Shown piece by piece: positions 21,870 through 34,860 of a DNA stretch of 64,000 bases. The translations under genes and the position numbers were made by a program. The stretch lies in contig JBNZDD010013717.1 in NCBI GenBank assembly GCA_050575255.1, forward strand, positions 4,954,965-5,018,964. The letters are read 5' to 3'. Each line of letters opens with the position of its first letter. The stretch's first letter is position 1. The stretch is from Harriotta raleighana. Its lineage: Eukaryota. Under the pieces are notes generated by a model. It was not told where the DNA came from and did no database searches. It saw only the letters and a list, made by a program, of their open reading frames with translations.

Positions 21870-22410
21870 TACGGTTTATCCTCCCACCACCGACCAGTGA
21901 CCTGCGTGTGTTACTCCAAGGCTCCATTGTTAGCCGCCTTCTTTTATATGCTCCGTCTCGGCACTGTTATCTGCAGACATACAACAACAACTGCAATAAC
22001 TTTGATTTATATAATGCCCTCCACGCCGGACAGCATCTCAGAGCCCTTCACAATGACATAGGGTGAACGTCCATATGTATGTGGATGACACCCAAATCAA
22101 CTTTTCATCATCCTGAATCTGTGAATCCTAGACTTGTCAGCTTGTCTATGAGGCATCAAGGTCTGGATGAGCACAGATTTCCTGCAACTGAACATCAATA
22201 AGATGGAAGCCATACACCTTGTCTCCCATCAACAGTGTCTTTCCTGCGGGTCTGTACTCTTCAAACTCCCTGGACTCTTGTCAGACTCACTGAACCCATT
22301 AACAATTTAGGCGTCAGGTTCAAAACACGATTTTTCTTTTTCCCCCCACATCCATTTCCTGACCAGGACTGCCTTTTTCCACATCCATCTCATTGCCTCC
22401 GCCTCTGTCT
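21870..22410 (+). mobile_element. Decayed L2 RT fragment containing an inverted L2-tail insertion at 21982-22054
   Basis: Reads TVICRH..HMYVDDTQ..FLQLNINKMEA; insertion flanked by gacata repeats. Confidence 0.75.
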
Positions 22411-22444
22411 GTAACATCATCTGCAGCATGACAGTTGTGCTCAT

Positions 22445-22810
22445 TTTAAAGACACAAAGCTTTCCCAAATCTAGAAAGAGATTTCTGTGGAAACCTGAGC
22501 AGGGTGGGAATTGAGATGTAGGATGATTGTGACCAAAAGTGGTAGGTTTTCGGAGGGTTTTGAAAGTATTGTGTGAATGTATGATTTAAAGATTTTGGAA
22601 GGATTCCACAAAGTGTGGCCATAAAGGCGTGGTTGCTGATGGTGAGTGAAGGATTTGCAAGAAGCTTGAGTTTGTAGAGTGGAGATTTGGGTGGGAGAGT
22701 TGACTTGGAATAGATTGCAGAGGCAAGGCAAAGGAATGAGCAAGGGAATGAGCAAGGGAAGGGAATGAGCAAGGCAATGAGCAATTTGACAGTCAGAAGA
22801 AGGAAATTTT
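22445..22810 (-). mobile_element. Decayed L2 3' region
   Basis: Reverse strand reads TISNHAFMA.TLWN..., similar to other L2 3' ends here. Confidence 0.6.
22728..22784. repeat. Minisatellite with ~12-bp unit GCAAGGGAATGA
   Basis: About 4-5 imperfect units visible directly. Confidence 0.8.
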
Positions 22811-22829
22811 ACAATTTACCATTATATTT

Positions 22830-23095
22830 CTCCTTTCACATTGGCAGAGTGTCTCAAACCTTATCACAGGATTTAGTGCAAAATGTATATTTGTAAGCAA
22901 GCCAGCTGATATGGTATATGCCACAAACAGTGATGAATTTTATTGTAGGAATTGTTGGCCAGGAGACATGGAGGAATTCCTTCTCTTTTCAAATAGTGCG
23001 GTGGAATATTTAACAACCATCTCAATAGCAGGATTTTGATTTAATATCTTATTGAAAGAACGGCATTTCTAAAAGTACAGTGCACCCCCAATAGT
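22830..23095 (-). mobile_element. Old Deu-SINE remnant
   Basis: tgttggccagga...ctcttttcaaatagtgc...atttaacaaccatct...tttaatatcttattgaaaga. Confidence 0.6.
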
Positions 23096-24269
23096 TGTCT
23101 CATTCTATTTCTTGGAATTTTCCTGAATGCTACTTTTCTGCCCACCCTTCATTCTGTCGACAGTAAGAACAATTTGCTCTTATATACTGCCCTCCACGCA
23201 GAGTAGCATCTCAGAACACTTTAAATTATGCTTGAACTCAGGCCTGTTCCATGTCTTCCCCACACCATTTGTCATATCCCTCTTGGGCTTCTGTAAAACA
23301 CTTTGAGATTATTTACTAAGTGAAACATGCTTGATAAGTATAAGTTGTTGCAGTTTTTGTTGAAGGTCAAACACAATGCCAAGTTTGGCCACTGCTTCAT
23401 AGCTGAAGTGAATAACCGATAAACTGATAGAGTTGGAATCAGTGATGCTCTTTGAAAGCCAAGCATGGTGCCTTTGGTTTTGCTGACATTCAGGTAGAAA
23501 AAGTTGAGACTCATCCAATTACAGTATGTGTACCGGGTACAACATCATAAATATGAGCCCAAATTGGCATCTTTAGTATCCACAAATCACGTTTAAAAAA
23601 GCTACATCACCAACTGCAGTGAAGAAAAATGACAATAGCGTGTTAATGTATTGCTTTCAGCAGAACACAAGCCAAGGACTCATTGTGATGCTTTTCAAAG
23701 GAGATTCAAGTAAAAAGAGAAGCTGGAGTTCAAGACATTAGCAGTTCTCACCTCAAAAGAAAAACTATGGCATCAATAGGACATAATTTTAATAACAGTT
23801 AAATCTGCAGTTTCCTAGGTCGTAAAAATGAAACTGTGTTAATGTAACAAGGCTTTCAATAATGCATCGTGTGTCTATTTCAACCCCTACAAAAAGTACA
23901 TTATGTATACTGCTGTATTACAATGGAACGTGCCATGAAAAACACCCATCTCTATGAACCAGCTTCTTTTAGTTCCAGTGTTAAGTTTGGCCTCAGAGCT
24001 ATGTTGGGAGAATGTTTATGAATTAATATATCAGATCAAGGTGGTTCGGTTTAACTGAATAATCATTTTGATAACAGTTACACTGTTTATTCATGATCAT
24101 TTTTCATTTTGAAACTAATCAATAGCAGTAGCTGCAGTTTTACCAGTTGATTTTCAATTCTGTTTTTACCTCTTATTGAATTCAATAGAATAGCTAACCT
24201 TGGAGTATCATAATAATTATTATGTGTACTTCTGTGACTATGTTACACAATTTTCACAGATGCTGGTAC

Positions 24270-25160
24270 CACTCGTGATGGTGCGAGGACTAGAGGAAAA
24301 GCAGTTGGTGGAAACATGAGATGATGAGAAAGATAAAAACAGAACCAGGCAAGAACAAAGGTGGAGCTGAGGGGAGAGGTGGTCAGCAATGTCAGCAATG
24401 TCAAAGTCAGCAGAGAGATCAAGAAGGACGAGGAGATAGATCGAGCCCTACTTTCAAATGAATAGATTGTCATGTGTAACTTTGATTTAGGATATGGGCT
24501 AGCTTCTGTGCTATGGGTGGGGGTGAGAACCAGATTGGAGAGGTTCAAAGAGGGAATAGTCGGAGAGGAAAGAGTGAAGCTGGGAAGCTATTAATTGGAA
24601 GGAAAGGAAAGGTTGGAGATGGGTTGGCAGTTTGAGAAGACAAATGGATCAAGGAAAGGATTTTTGAGCATGAGGGTAATGCCATCTGTTTTTAAGGGCG
24701 TGGCAATGGTGTTAGTGAGTAGAGGAAGTTCACACTGTCTGTAAAGTAGGAGGGCAAATAGGTCGAATTGATAATAGGCTTCAGTTGGAAAATTATGGAG
24801 ATGAGAGAAGAGGGGTGATGGGGTCAAAAGTGTGGATGGAAGGATAGGTGGAAGCTGGGGGTGGAGGGGAAATGGAGGGGTGGGTGGCAATAGAAAGAAC
24901 AGAGGCAGCAGAATGGATCTCCTCAATTTTGGACTTGAGCAAGTCACATTTGGAGAGGATGGGTGAGGCTTAGGGAGGTAGTTGGAGGAGTTTGTTTGTT
25001 GTGGAGAAGAGGAACCTGGGATTGTCCTTTTGCCTCTAAGGTGATCTTGGGATAGAAAGGCAATTTAGCTGATGTGAGGATAAAGCATTAAAGTTTGATG
25101 GGATAGAGCCAGATCTGACAGTGGACAGTTAGATTTGATACAGACCGAATACACAATATT
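24270..25160 (-). mobile_element. Decayed L2 ORF2 fragment
   Basis: LKTDGITLMLKNPFLDPFVFSNCQPISNLSF and HSTEA motifs. Confidence 0.8.
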
Positions 25161-25844
25161 TAAGCTGAAGTCGCTGCTGATAGTACATGCCACTTGTTAA
25201 AATGATTCCTGAACATATAGATCTTATTGTTAGCATTTTAAAAAAAAACAAGGTAATGAAGTCTGGCTGGCATTTAAAAGGTGTGATGCGCAGATAGGCA
25301 GATGCCTTCAGGCAAATAATTTTCTTAATACCATTTAGGATTATCTGGCAATTCAGATGAATAGACTTGATCTTTATCCTGCTATATTATGTTCTTCCAC
25401 TTTCAAACTTCCCATAGTAACTTGCAGCACATTCGCTTTCTGTTTTGTTATCGACCTTTCTTCAGGCTGACAACCTTTCTTTGATGGCACAAACTCAAAT
25501 GGTGCATAACATTTGTTGTTCTCCACCTATATGTGTGTGTTGCCCTCTAACTGTTTTCCAGACTTCATTATCTTCAGTTTCACTCTGGTAACAATAAGAC
25601 CTGCATTTTGAAGAATCTTTTGAGTTTTATTGATTGTAGCCTGAGGATCCTTGAGGCTGTGAGCTTCAAACAAGTGATATTATCAGAAAAGTTTACTCTA
25701 TCAAAGCTTGAAGCTTTGGTGCTGTCGGCTGAATCTCCTGTGAATTTGTAGTATGTGATTTGCCATGTATGCTTCTATGGAACAGTAGTCTTATAAATAT
25801 TCATTCTACATTAATGCTTAGTGGTTTCTTGTGTTAGTTGTCAT

Positions 25845-26200
25845 CCTGCATCAGTAGATTGCTCTGAATCAGAAGATTGTGGGTTTAAGCCTTATTTTAC
25901 AATTTTGATCTCACTCGAGGCTAACACTTGTTGGAAGTCCCATCCATCAGATCACCCATTAAATTTAGGTTCTGTCTACCCACTAAGGTAGAAGTTAAAG
26001 ATCCCAAAACACCATACTGTATTAAAATAGAAGGTTTTTTATCCAGTTAAAATAAAATTTCTCATTTACCTGGATATTGTGGAACATTGCCAAATTTGCC
26101 AACCAAATACTCAGTCACCACACTTTACAGTAAAATCCTGTGAAGTGCTTTGAGATGTTCTCCCATTATGAAAGGCAATGTAACAATGCAAGGATTTATT
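25845..26200 (+). mobile_element. Old Deu-SINE
   Basis: ctctgaatcagaagattgtgggtttaag head, gttaaagatccca core, L2-type tail. Confidence 0.65.
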
Positions 26201-26206
26201 ATTTTT

Positions 26207-26337
26207 TCAAAAACACAAACTGAAACAGCTGAAACACAAACAGAAATTGCTGGGAACCCTCAGCAGGTCAGGCAGGATCTATGGAGGAAGGAAAAGTAAG
26301 TCAACGTTTCGGGTGCATGACTCTTTGTCAGAACTAA
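26207..26337 (-). mobile_element. Penelope-like terminus with hammerhead-like core
   Basis: aaacagaaattgctgggaaccctcagcaggtcaggcag...gtcaacgtttcgggtgcatgactctttgtcagaact. Confidence 0.8.
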
Positions 26338-26388
26338 ATTGTTATTTTTTCATTCTTTGCTATCTCTTCAAATATATAGCATATATAA

Positions 26389-26715
26389 TACTAGCTGTAC
26401 GACGCTTGCAACCAAAGAATCCTATATGGAATGTAGACTGACACACACACAGACACAGAGGCAGATATTTCATTTTTATCTATACATTTCTGGGACACCT
26501 GGGGAAGGACTCCTGTTGAGAGGATTCAATGGGGAGGACTTGGTGCTTTAAAATTGTAATTTTGTTTTTATTGCCGCAGCTTAGCTTCATCTGTGTTCTT
26601 TATTTTGTTTCCGCTGCTTGGCGACGTGGGTGCTTTATGACGCAGGATGCCACAGCACCACACTTAGTTTGTCTTGAAGAGCAGACAGACATTAAAGTTT
26701 TATTACTAAAGATAG
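26389..26715 (-). mobile_element. Possible non-autonomous Helitron/Helentron-like remnant
   Basis: ACTAG end, (CA/CAGA) microsatellites and TTTATCTATA-like motifs; layout resemblance only. Confidence 0.3.
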
Positions 26716-26799
26716 AGGAGAGAATAATAATGATAATATTAATACAGATACATAGATGGATACATAGATAGATAACGCAGACATACATCTTATTTCAAC

Positions 26800-27435
26800 C
26801 GCAACAACTGGCATTTATATAGCGTCCCACACGCAGGAAGCATCTTAGAGCACTTAACAGTGGCAGAGCATGAGTATGAGCTGGTGGGGTGGAAGGGTCG
26901 GTGGCCATAAGCACGGTCAAAGAGGAAAGTTTTCCGGTAGGACTTGAAAAAGAGGAGAAAGGGGATAAGGCAGGGGGATTGAGGCAGACAGAGTTTTAAG
27001 ACATGTCATTGAAAGTCAAAACTCCTATAATGGGTAGAGGGTATGAGGGATCAGCAGGAGGTCTGTGCCAGTGGAGTGGAGGTGCTGGGTGATGGATTGG
27101 AGCATGAGGAGATTGGAGAGATTAAGGAGGTGCCAGAGAATTAATGGATTTGAACAAGAGTGTGTGGATGTTGAAATCGATCTGTTCACTATTGGGCACC
27201 CAATGGCCAGAACTGGTGAGGTGTAGTACAGAGTTTGGTCCAGGCAGGTGACAGAGTTTTGATTGAGCTGGATCTTTTGTATGGTGGAGTTGAGGAGATC
27301 GGCGAGGAATACGTTCGAGTAATCCAAGCAGGAGATGACAAACACATGCACAAGAGTTTGGGGTAATGTATGGTTCAGAGGCAGGAAATGCGGCGGAGGT
27401 GGAAGAAGGTGGTCCTCGTCATGGACCAAATGTGT
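26800..27435 (-). mobile_element. L2 3' fragment
   Basis: QTLVHVFVISCLDYSNVFLADL..IQKIQLNQN plus tail. Confidence 0.85.
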
Positions 27436-27463
27436 GAGACAACAGACAGCTATAATCCTTATG

Positions 27464-27933
27464 CAGTAAAAGCAAGTTTATCCGGCACCCACGGGATCGG
27501 GCCAATGCCGGTTAAACAGCTTGCCGGTTAAACGTTTTTTAAAAAATATAAATAATTTTTAAATTAAAAATTATTTGAATAATTACAGATAACAACAATA
27601 TTGTGTGGGTACTTTATTGTAAATATTGTACACTGTACCATATAAATAATGGACTAAATACAGTAATAACAAATACTATAATAACAGAATATTGTATTAG
27701 TACTTTATTTTTCATAGTTATCTTTTGCAATGGCTGCTGCCACCGGAGGAAAAAAAATGGCAGGGCAATTTTTAGGCTTTCCTAGTGGCAAACTGAAATA
27801 CCTGCACAGTACTCTCGTGTGACAATCGATTCATTAAATGTACCACCGCTATTCTGCCGGATAACTTCCAGTTTATCAAATCGGGACTTTTTTTGACCCA
27901 TTCATCAGGTCACAGATAAATGGGCTTTTACTG
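27464..27933 (-). mobile_element. Tigger-like MITE, subfamily B
   Basis: cagtaaaagcaagtttatcc ... gataaatgggcttttactg|TA. Confidence 0.85.
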
Positions 27934-28394
27934 TATTTGCATTTGATATTTTACAATTTGAAGGAGGACGTTTATTATAGACATTCATTGCTTGTAACTC
28001 CATATGTTTTATTGTACATATAAACATTGGGAGCCTTAGAGTACACCCACTAAACATAATCATATTGTGAAATTCATCATTGTCTTTACTAGTCAATCAT
28101 TGTAAGCCTGAAGCTATGATTATTCTTCAGTGTTAATTCAACAATGAACTAAAACATAATTGTTTCACGCAGAAGTTTCTTTTGGATATCTGTAAAGCTG
28201 CATCATTAAATACGTCTTTATTCCCAGGTAAGCCTCATAAGAGATTTTGTTGCCTGGGGTGAAAACACATCCATTCATTTGTAAGTGAATTAAGATGGAC
28301 CCTATTGCTGAGACCAACTTGAGCAACTCAATTCGCACATCTAAAGTAGCTCACAGTCAGAGGCTCTTTTTTTTAAGTGGTATCCAACAGTAAT

Positions 28395-28700
28395 TAGGCT
28401 GACACTCCAGTGCAATATTGGGAGCGTTATATTGTTGGAGATGTGCTCTTTAGGATGAGGTGTTAAACTGGTCCTCCCTTGCCTGTGAAGGTGGGCATTA
28501 AAGAATCCATGGCACTATTTTCCTACTATCCAGGTCAGCATTCCTCTCCCCCCACCCATGTCGTTGATTATTCACTTCATGGCTGTTTATGGGAGTGCAA
28601 TCTGTTCACCTTAAATAGTCACTGCACTTCACAGTAAATCCTGTGAAATGCTTTGAGATGTGTCAATAACATGATGAGGCGCTATATCAAATGTAAGTGA
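28395..28700 (+). mobile_element. Old Deu-SINE (core and tail)
   Basis: ggctgacactccagtgca...ggatgaggtgttaaac...ccatggcactattt. Confidence 0.75.
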
Positions 28701-29607
28701 TCAAGCCAACAATTCTCCCAAATAAATTGATAATTCACTAAAGACTGTTTGCTGAACTTCACTGTGTGTATATTAGTTGTGTTCACACACAAAAAAAACA
28801 GTAACTTCACTTGATGTTACATCCTAAAAAGCGGTTTAGGAAGTCCTACTGATATGTAGGATGCTACACCAAAGAAAGGATAATTATTAATAATAACAGT
28901 GCTGTAATATAATAATTCTTTTTATGTTACCATTACTAATAATATTAACATTACTAACAATATTTTTTAGAAACACTGATCCTGAGAACTAAAAATGTCC
29001 GATTTTATTAGAAATGTTCAAACTGGGACAGAGGGAATGCTTTGCTGAGGTCTAGATTTAGGCATTTTGTTAATGTAATACCATGCATTTACTTGACCTG
29101 ATAGTATGTAATGCCCATGTTCAAAGTGATATCACAAAGCATTCTCCATGACTGACATTCTTCTTTGTCCTTCACCTCTCTCCAATAACAAATGGCATTA
29201 CTAAAATTTCAATCCTTTATCATTTTGGTGGAAGTGTATACAAATTCAATCAAAATGTACTAGTCAATAATTTCCCATTTACTGTACTAGGGCTTGTGAT
29301 GGATTTGGAAAAAGACACTGCATTTACTATTTGTGAATCTGTCAATTTGTGAATCATTTCCAGGTCTCACCACAAAGGGATTATGACTTGGCAGGACAGT
29401 ATATTCAGTGAGCACCATGACAAATCCTTTTTTTACATTTAGGTTGCAACTCTTGTATGACTGGATTCCAAATTATGGGTAAAATTGAATGTAGATTAGC
29501 AGCATAATATCATGATTATTTCTACTGTCTGGTTTCATCTTATCACTTGTCCTCAGTAGCCACTTTCTTTCTTAAGGGAATGCATAATTTCATCTACATA
29601 CACGATG

Positions 29608-29680
29608 CAGTGCAGCCCGTTATACCGTGCTTCATTGAATAGTGCACTTTTCTTACCACAGTTGCACTGTAGTGCACGAA
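29608..29680 (+). mobile_element. Possible left end of another Tigger-like element
   Basis: cagtgcagcccgttataccgtg TIR-like start; no partner end found. Confidence 0.3.
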
Positions 29681-32442
29681 ATACAGTTCGTCCAGCACCT
29701 TGGAACATCCTTCCGATGTGAAAGGTTTTATACAAATGTAATTTTGTTGTTGTTCATCCCATTCCCTGAGCAGGTGTGTATGTGACCAGCTCACTTCTCG
29801 TACATCAGTACACACTAACCTCTTCTAGTTAGGAATTTTGAAGACAGATTATCCAGATTGAACAATGGACTACTGGGTAATAAAACACGATCTATGCCAT
29901 GTGAGGCAAAAAAAAATCATATTTTAAGCAATATTTTCCTTCATCTTTTATAAACTACTGTACTAATATCAACATACAATACACAATCCAGAATGTAAAT
30001 AATTAAATACAGGTTAGAATAAATGTAGAAGAAATTATATGTCACATTTGCCATGTTCCTAATTATAATTTTAAAAATGTCACCGTCCAGGATTCTTTTA
30101 AACACAATCTCTCTCTCTGGACTTTCTTACACTGAGATTGAGTCTACATGTTTTCTTCCTCTAGCAATTAAACCTCTGTAGCAGACAATTTCACACGAAA
30201 CAGTACACATCAAAGCAATATTAATCTTACCTGAAAGTAGTTGCCCCTTCATTTTGAAATGTGGAAACAGGATTTGGCAACTGTGGGGAGATTGTCTATT
30301 TTCAGTAAACAGCATAAATATTTAGAAAATCTCATTCACATTTGCAAGGAGATGAGACTGATAAGATTTACATTTCCCCCCTTTTGCCTTTTAGGAAAAT
30401 TGTTGCATGAATTTAAAATTGTCACATGTACCAGCTTCAGGCAGGAGAATTAAATTTATACCCATTTATCTCACTGTTTAGTAACCCTGAATTATTTTAA
30501 TTTCTAGGAGGTTGTCAAGTTCTCAAAACGCTTCATAGTGTGTTGTTTCAGCAGGTCTGCTAGTAGTTTGTTGCACCTTATTTTACTGAAAACATTTAGA
30601 ATTAAAATGAATCATTCGAAATGAATAAATATCTGGTCAGTAAAATCATCCAGTGATGGGGAGAATCAGCTGCTAAAATGATATAAATAAAAAATAAGTT
30701 GATTTAGTGCTACAAGTTTCAGTGTATCAGGCTTAAATAGTTTCTGGGCTAGACATTTCTATATTATATTCTTTCACTTTGGATAATGTTTCAGGCAAAA
30801 TAAAATTAAAATACTTGATCCAGTTATGTAATTTGAGAAATTGTGAGAAGTTTATTCATATTTTGGGTCAAATGTAGCAATGGCCCTGTAAATGTAGACA
30901 TAACAACAACTATTTATGTAGCGCACTTCACTCGGGTTTGCGTGTGGTGTGCTTTTGTGGGGTAGCCCCCCGGAGATTGCCTGAGAGAATACGATATCAC
31001 AAAATGAATCAATGAGCTATTAGGAACCACGTATGAACACATAAGAGAGTTAGAGGAGTCTGGTATGCATCTTTTGACATCCTGATCTGATAATGTCATA
31101 AAAGGAGATCCTCTTAGTCTGTCCTCTCAGAAGAATTCCTTAAATTAATGTTACAGTTATAACTCTTAGTTTCTTCTTTGAGTAAATAGTTCATCTTCCT
31201 TCATATTAAGTCAATGCCACCATCAGACCAAAGGCTATCGGTGGGGAAAAGATGAGCAGGATCATCTTGGAACTAAACTAGTTCTGAAGTGACATGTCAG
31301 AAACATGTCAAGACAGGCGTTCAAGGTAATCAAGGATACTGTGGATGGCAATCCACAGCCATCCTCGCTCATCAGTGGGATTTGAAGTGATAGACTGAGG
31401 CAAGGATTTTCCTGTTCACAGCTCCTGTTAGCTCTAGAAAACAAAGGGAACGGGAATCCTAGCAGGACAAGCAGCTGAAAGCATGACGATGCATACTTTC
31501 CAATTACAAGCTACATGTATTTTAGCTGGCAAAAACACAGGCAGTACTGTACTCCAAATCACACTCTGAGGTCTCCCAAGACTTGCCTCTTGCCAACCTT
31601 TGTCTACTACTCTCCACAATTAGGTAAGCAGTATGTGTCCCTCCAAGGAGAGTGCATTCCTTTCCAAATAAGATTTCCATGTATAAGTGGAATACATGGA
31701 ACGTTTAACGATCCAAAGAATGGGTTTCTGCATTAGACAGACAGACAGAGGACACATCATTTTGAAGTGTCTATTTTAACAAACTGAAACTGATCATAAT
31801 GGTACATAATGCAGTACAATGAAGTATAGATTTTCTATGCACATTATTACTAAGCCAAACGATTGTGAATATTAAGATGTGCTTAACAGTTACAAATTAT
31901 ATTAAGATTGTAATTTTACACCTATAAACCATATCCATGTACTGCTTGCAGGAGCTATTTAAACCTATTTTAAATTATGGTTGAATTATTAAAATATATT
32001 GCTTAATCCCCAGGCAATGTATCGCAGTATTATTGATGCATGAATGGAAACATCATGGTTATTAATGGCAGCCAAAGGCTTATGTGATCCCTTTCTATGT
32101 TTTTATTAATATCAGTGATAACTGAATGATTATAGTGAAAGTGTGTGTAATGTTCTATCCATTATTTTAAAATTGAAATATTTTCCAAATCTTATTGGGC
32201 ACATTTGCTGACCTGGGTAACTGAGCTCTCCCGTTCTCTGCTGATCTGGTCAGTGCATTCACTAACTTTTGCAGTGTTTCATAAATCAGTTAATGTCCTG
32301 GGTGGTTGCCTACATTTCTACACTTTACAGTAGTTGACAGAATTTATGAAAGTTCTCATTAATCCCTATGAGATTACAAATTCTCCTTCAATCTTTCTAA
32401 TCATTGATACTATCACAATTGCGTTTAACCAATTCCAAAAAA

Positions 32443-32860
32443 AATCCTTGCATTTGATGTATTTTTCACCTTGGGAGGACCTCTCAAATTGCTTAACTGA
32501 ATTCACTGTTTAATGTTTAATGACTATGTATTTTTATAGTGGTAACCAGCAGCCAATTTAGGTATTCCAATGTCCTACAAACTATGAAGTGAATGACCAA
32601 TTTTATAATTTGGTGGCCAGGATACAGGAAGAGACTCCCTTCTCTTTTGAAATATCACCATGGGATTGTTAACATCCACCCGAATAGGTAGTTGGGACTT
32701 CAATTTAACATCTCATCCGAAGGATAGATCATGCAACAATGCAGCATTGCATTGGTGTGTTAGCCTAGGCTATATGAGTTTTAAACTCCCAATGTGTGGC
32801 TTGATCTTAGTTAGACTGACACTCATTTTCTGACACTCTACCAACTGAGTTAGACTGACA
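32443..32860 (-). mobile_element. Old Deu-SINE
   Basis: ccatgggattgttaacatccacc...tttaacatctcatccgaagga...ctaccaactgag. Confidence 0.75.
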
Positions 32861-34044
32861 CTCATTTTCCTGTCTTGTTCCTTCATTATGAAATTAATGA
32901 CTTCATGCTAATCATTAAGTTCTGCTCTGTCAAGCAATAACAAAAGGTGACATGCATATGTTTTTCAGGATTCAAATACACACTGTGATCAATGGATGTA
33001 AGTAGTATTGTATTTTATGTGCACAAGTTCCAGAGTTATTTAAGAGTCTTTTCATCAATAGAACTTCGATAGAGGAAAGTATGTGTAACGCAGTACAACA
33101 TGTTTTAGCTTCTGTCTTGGTAAAATCTTCTTAAACAAATCAGAACTAATTTATAGCTTGGGTACTTTTAATTCAATTCACTAATTATTGACTGGACATA
33201 TTCATTGAAATTGATCCTTTGCAAATGTCTAATGTCTATATTGGTTTATAGGGAATTTAACTACTGCCACCAAAAGAGTCTTAACACTTGGGCTGCAATA
33301 TTCCATAAGGCAACAGCTGAGTGTCTTAAATACAGTGGTTCATCAAATCATTTACACTGGAAAAGCTGGTTTCTCAGAAGCTACAAATGTGGAATTGTTT
33401 CTCAACAAATTAAGCAAATAATTTTTTTCATGACTTCTCATGTGTACATCATCTATCAGATTAATATAAACAAAACGAAATTATAACTTCTCTAGTTAAA
33501 GAATGTGGTAGAAATTAGCATTTGATAATTGCTTCATTTGGTTTTTAAGATGGGAAAGATGGATTCCCATTCCACAAACTATGAAATATTGTTGATCTTC
33601 ACATGGTACAGTTCAAGGCTGTTGGTTAGAGCAGCTATAGTATGCTCATCCTGTATGCTGTATAGCATATTACAGCTTCACTCTTTGATTTTTATGTCAT
33701 CTGTGCTTAAGTAAAGATAACAATGGTAATAAAACACACTAAAATAGTTATTACTGACTTTGCCAGCCATATCCACTAGGTCTTGAAGTGCAGTGATATA
33801 ATATTTTCGGTTGTAATGTGCAAATCACTGTAAAAAAATCCACTAAGATAAACCACTACGAAAATTAAGGAAGATGTGTGTGCCTTCTTTTTATTCCCCC
33901 ATTCTGTTCATCCTATCTATCCTCCCCACAAGATCATGTGCCTCAACCTGCCCTTTTCTTGAACAATAGATTAGTGGAATGCATTTTTTTCATAAGTATT
34001 TGCATCAGTGAAAAATCTAAAATAGGTTAATTATGTATTTTTTA

Positions 34045-34530
34045 AACTTGGATTTGGTATAGCATCTTTCATGTTGGGAGAAATTCCCAAAGCACTTCAA
34101 AGGTTTCACTGTGATGTGGAGTGACTGTGAATTTGTGGACAGCAATACCCCACAAACCATCATAAAGTGAGTAACCGATTTATTTTGGGGATTGTCGGCC
34201 AGGAAACGAAGAGAAGCTCACTTCTTTTTCAAATAGTGCCATAGGATTTTCAACATCCATCTAAACAGGCAGACATGACCTCAGTTTAACATCTCATTTA
34301 TAGTATCATACACACTGGAAAAGCTCTGATGCTTCAAAGAACTGTGAGATGCCATCTGGCGTGGAGGGTGCTATATGAATCAAAGTTGTTGTTGTTTTAT
34401 GGCACCTCCACCAATGTAACACACCCTCAGCACTGCACAGTGTCATCTTAGATGATGTGAGTTCATGTCCGGACATGATACTTGAAACCTGCAACTTTCT
34501 GACTAAGAGGCAAGAGTGATGCCATCCTGA
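34045..34530 (-). mobile_element. Old Deu-SINE with a short plus-strand L2-tail insertion at ~34300-34398
   Basis: aaatagtgccataggattttcaacatccat...tttaacatctcat [insert] ggcacctcc...ccctcagcactgcac. Confidence 0.72.
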
Positions 34531-34549
34531 TGCATGCTTATTTACCATA

Positions 34550-34860
34550 GTGGAGTTCTGTAGCGTAGTGGTTAGAATACTTGTCTTACAAGCAAGAGAT
34601 CTGGGTTCAATTCCAAGCAGGGCAAAACATTGGGCAAGTTTGCTTACTCTACATGCTTAATAATAATCCCTCAAATAAAACAATAATAAATGGGTCATTT
34701 CAATCCATGACCAATTGTGGGACACTGCTGTGCGCAATTGACTGCTGCATTTCACCCACAAATATACAGTCAATTCACTTTACAGTATATTCTGTGAAGC
34801 CGTTTGAGACGTCTAGAAGGCATGAAAAGCACTATATCAAATGCAAGGATTGTTATTATT
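34550..34860 (+). mobile_element. Young tRNA-derived SINE
   Basis: ggagttctgtagcgtagtggttaga...gggttcaattcc head, body and tail. Confidence 0.9.

Noticed and set aside
22728-22784. CRISPR-like repeat
   Set aside because: A simple minisatellite without unique spacers, in a eukaryotic context.
32808-32868. 22-bp direct repeat agttagactgacactcattttc
   Set aside because: A local duplication at a SINE end with no further structure.
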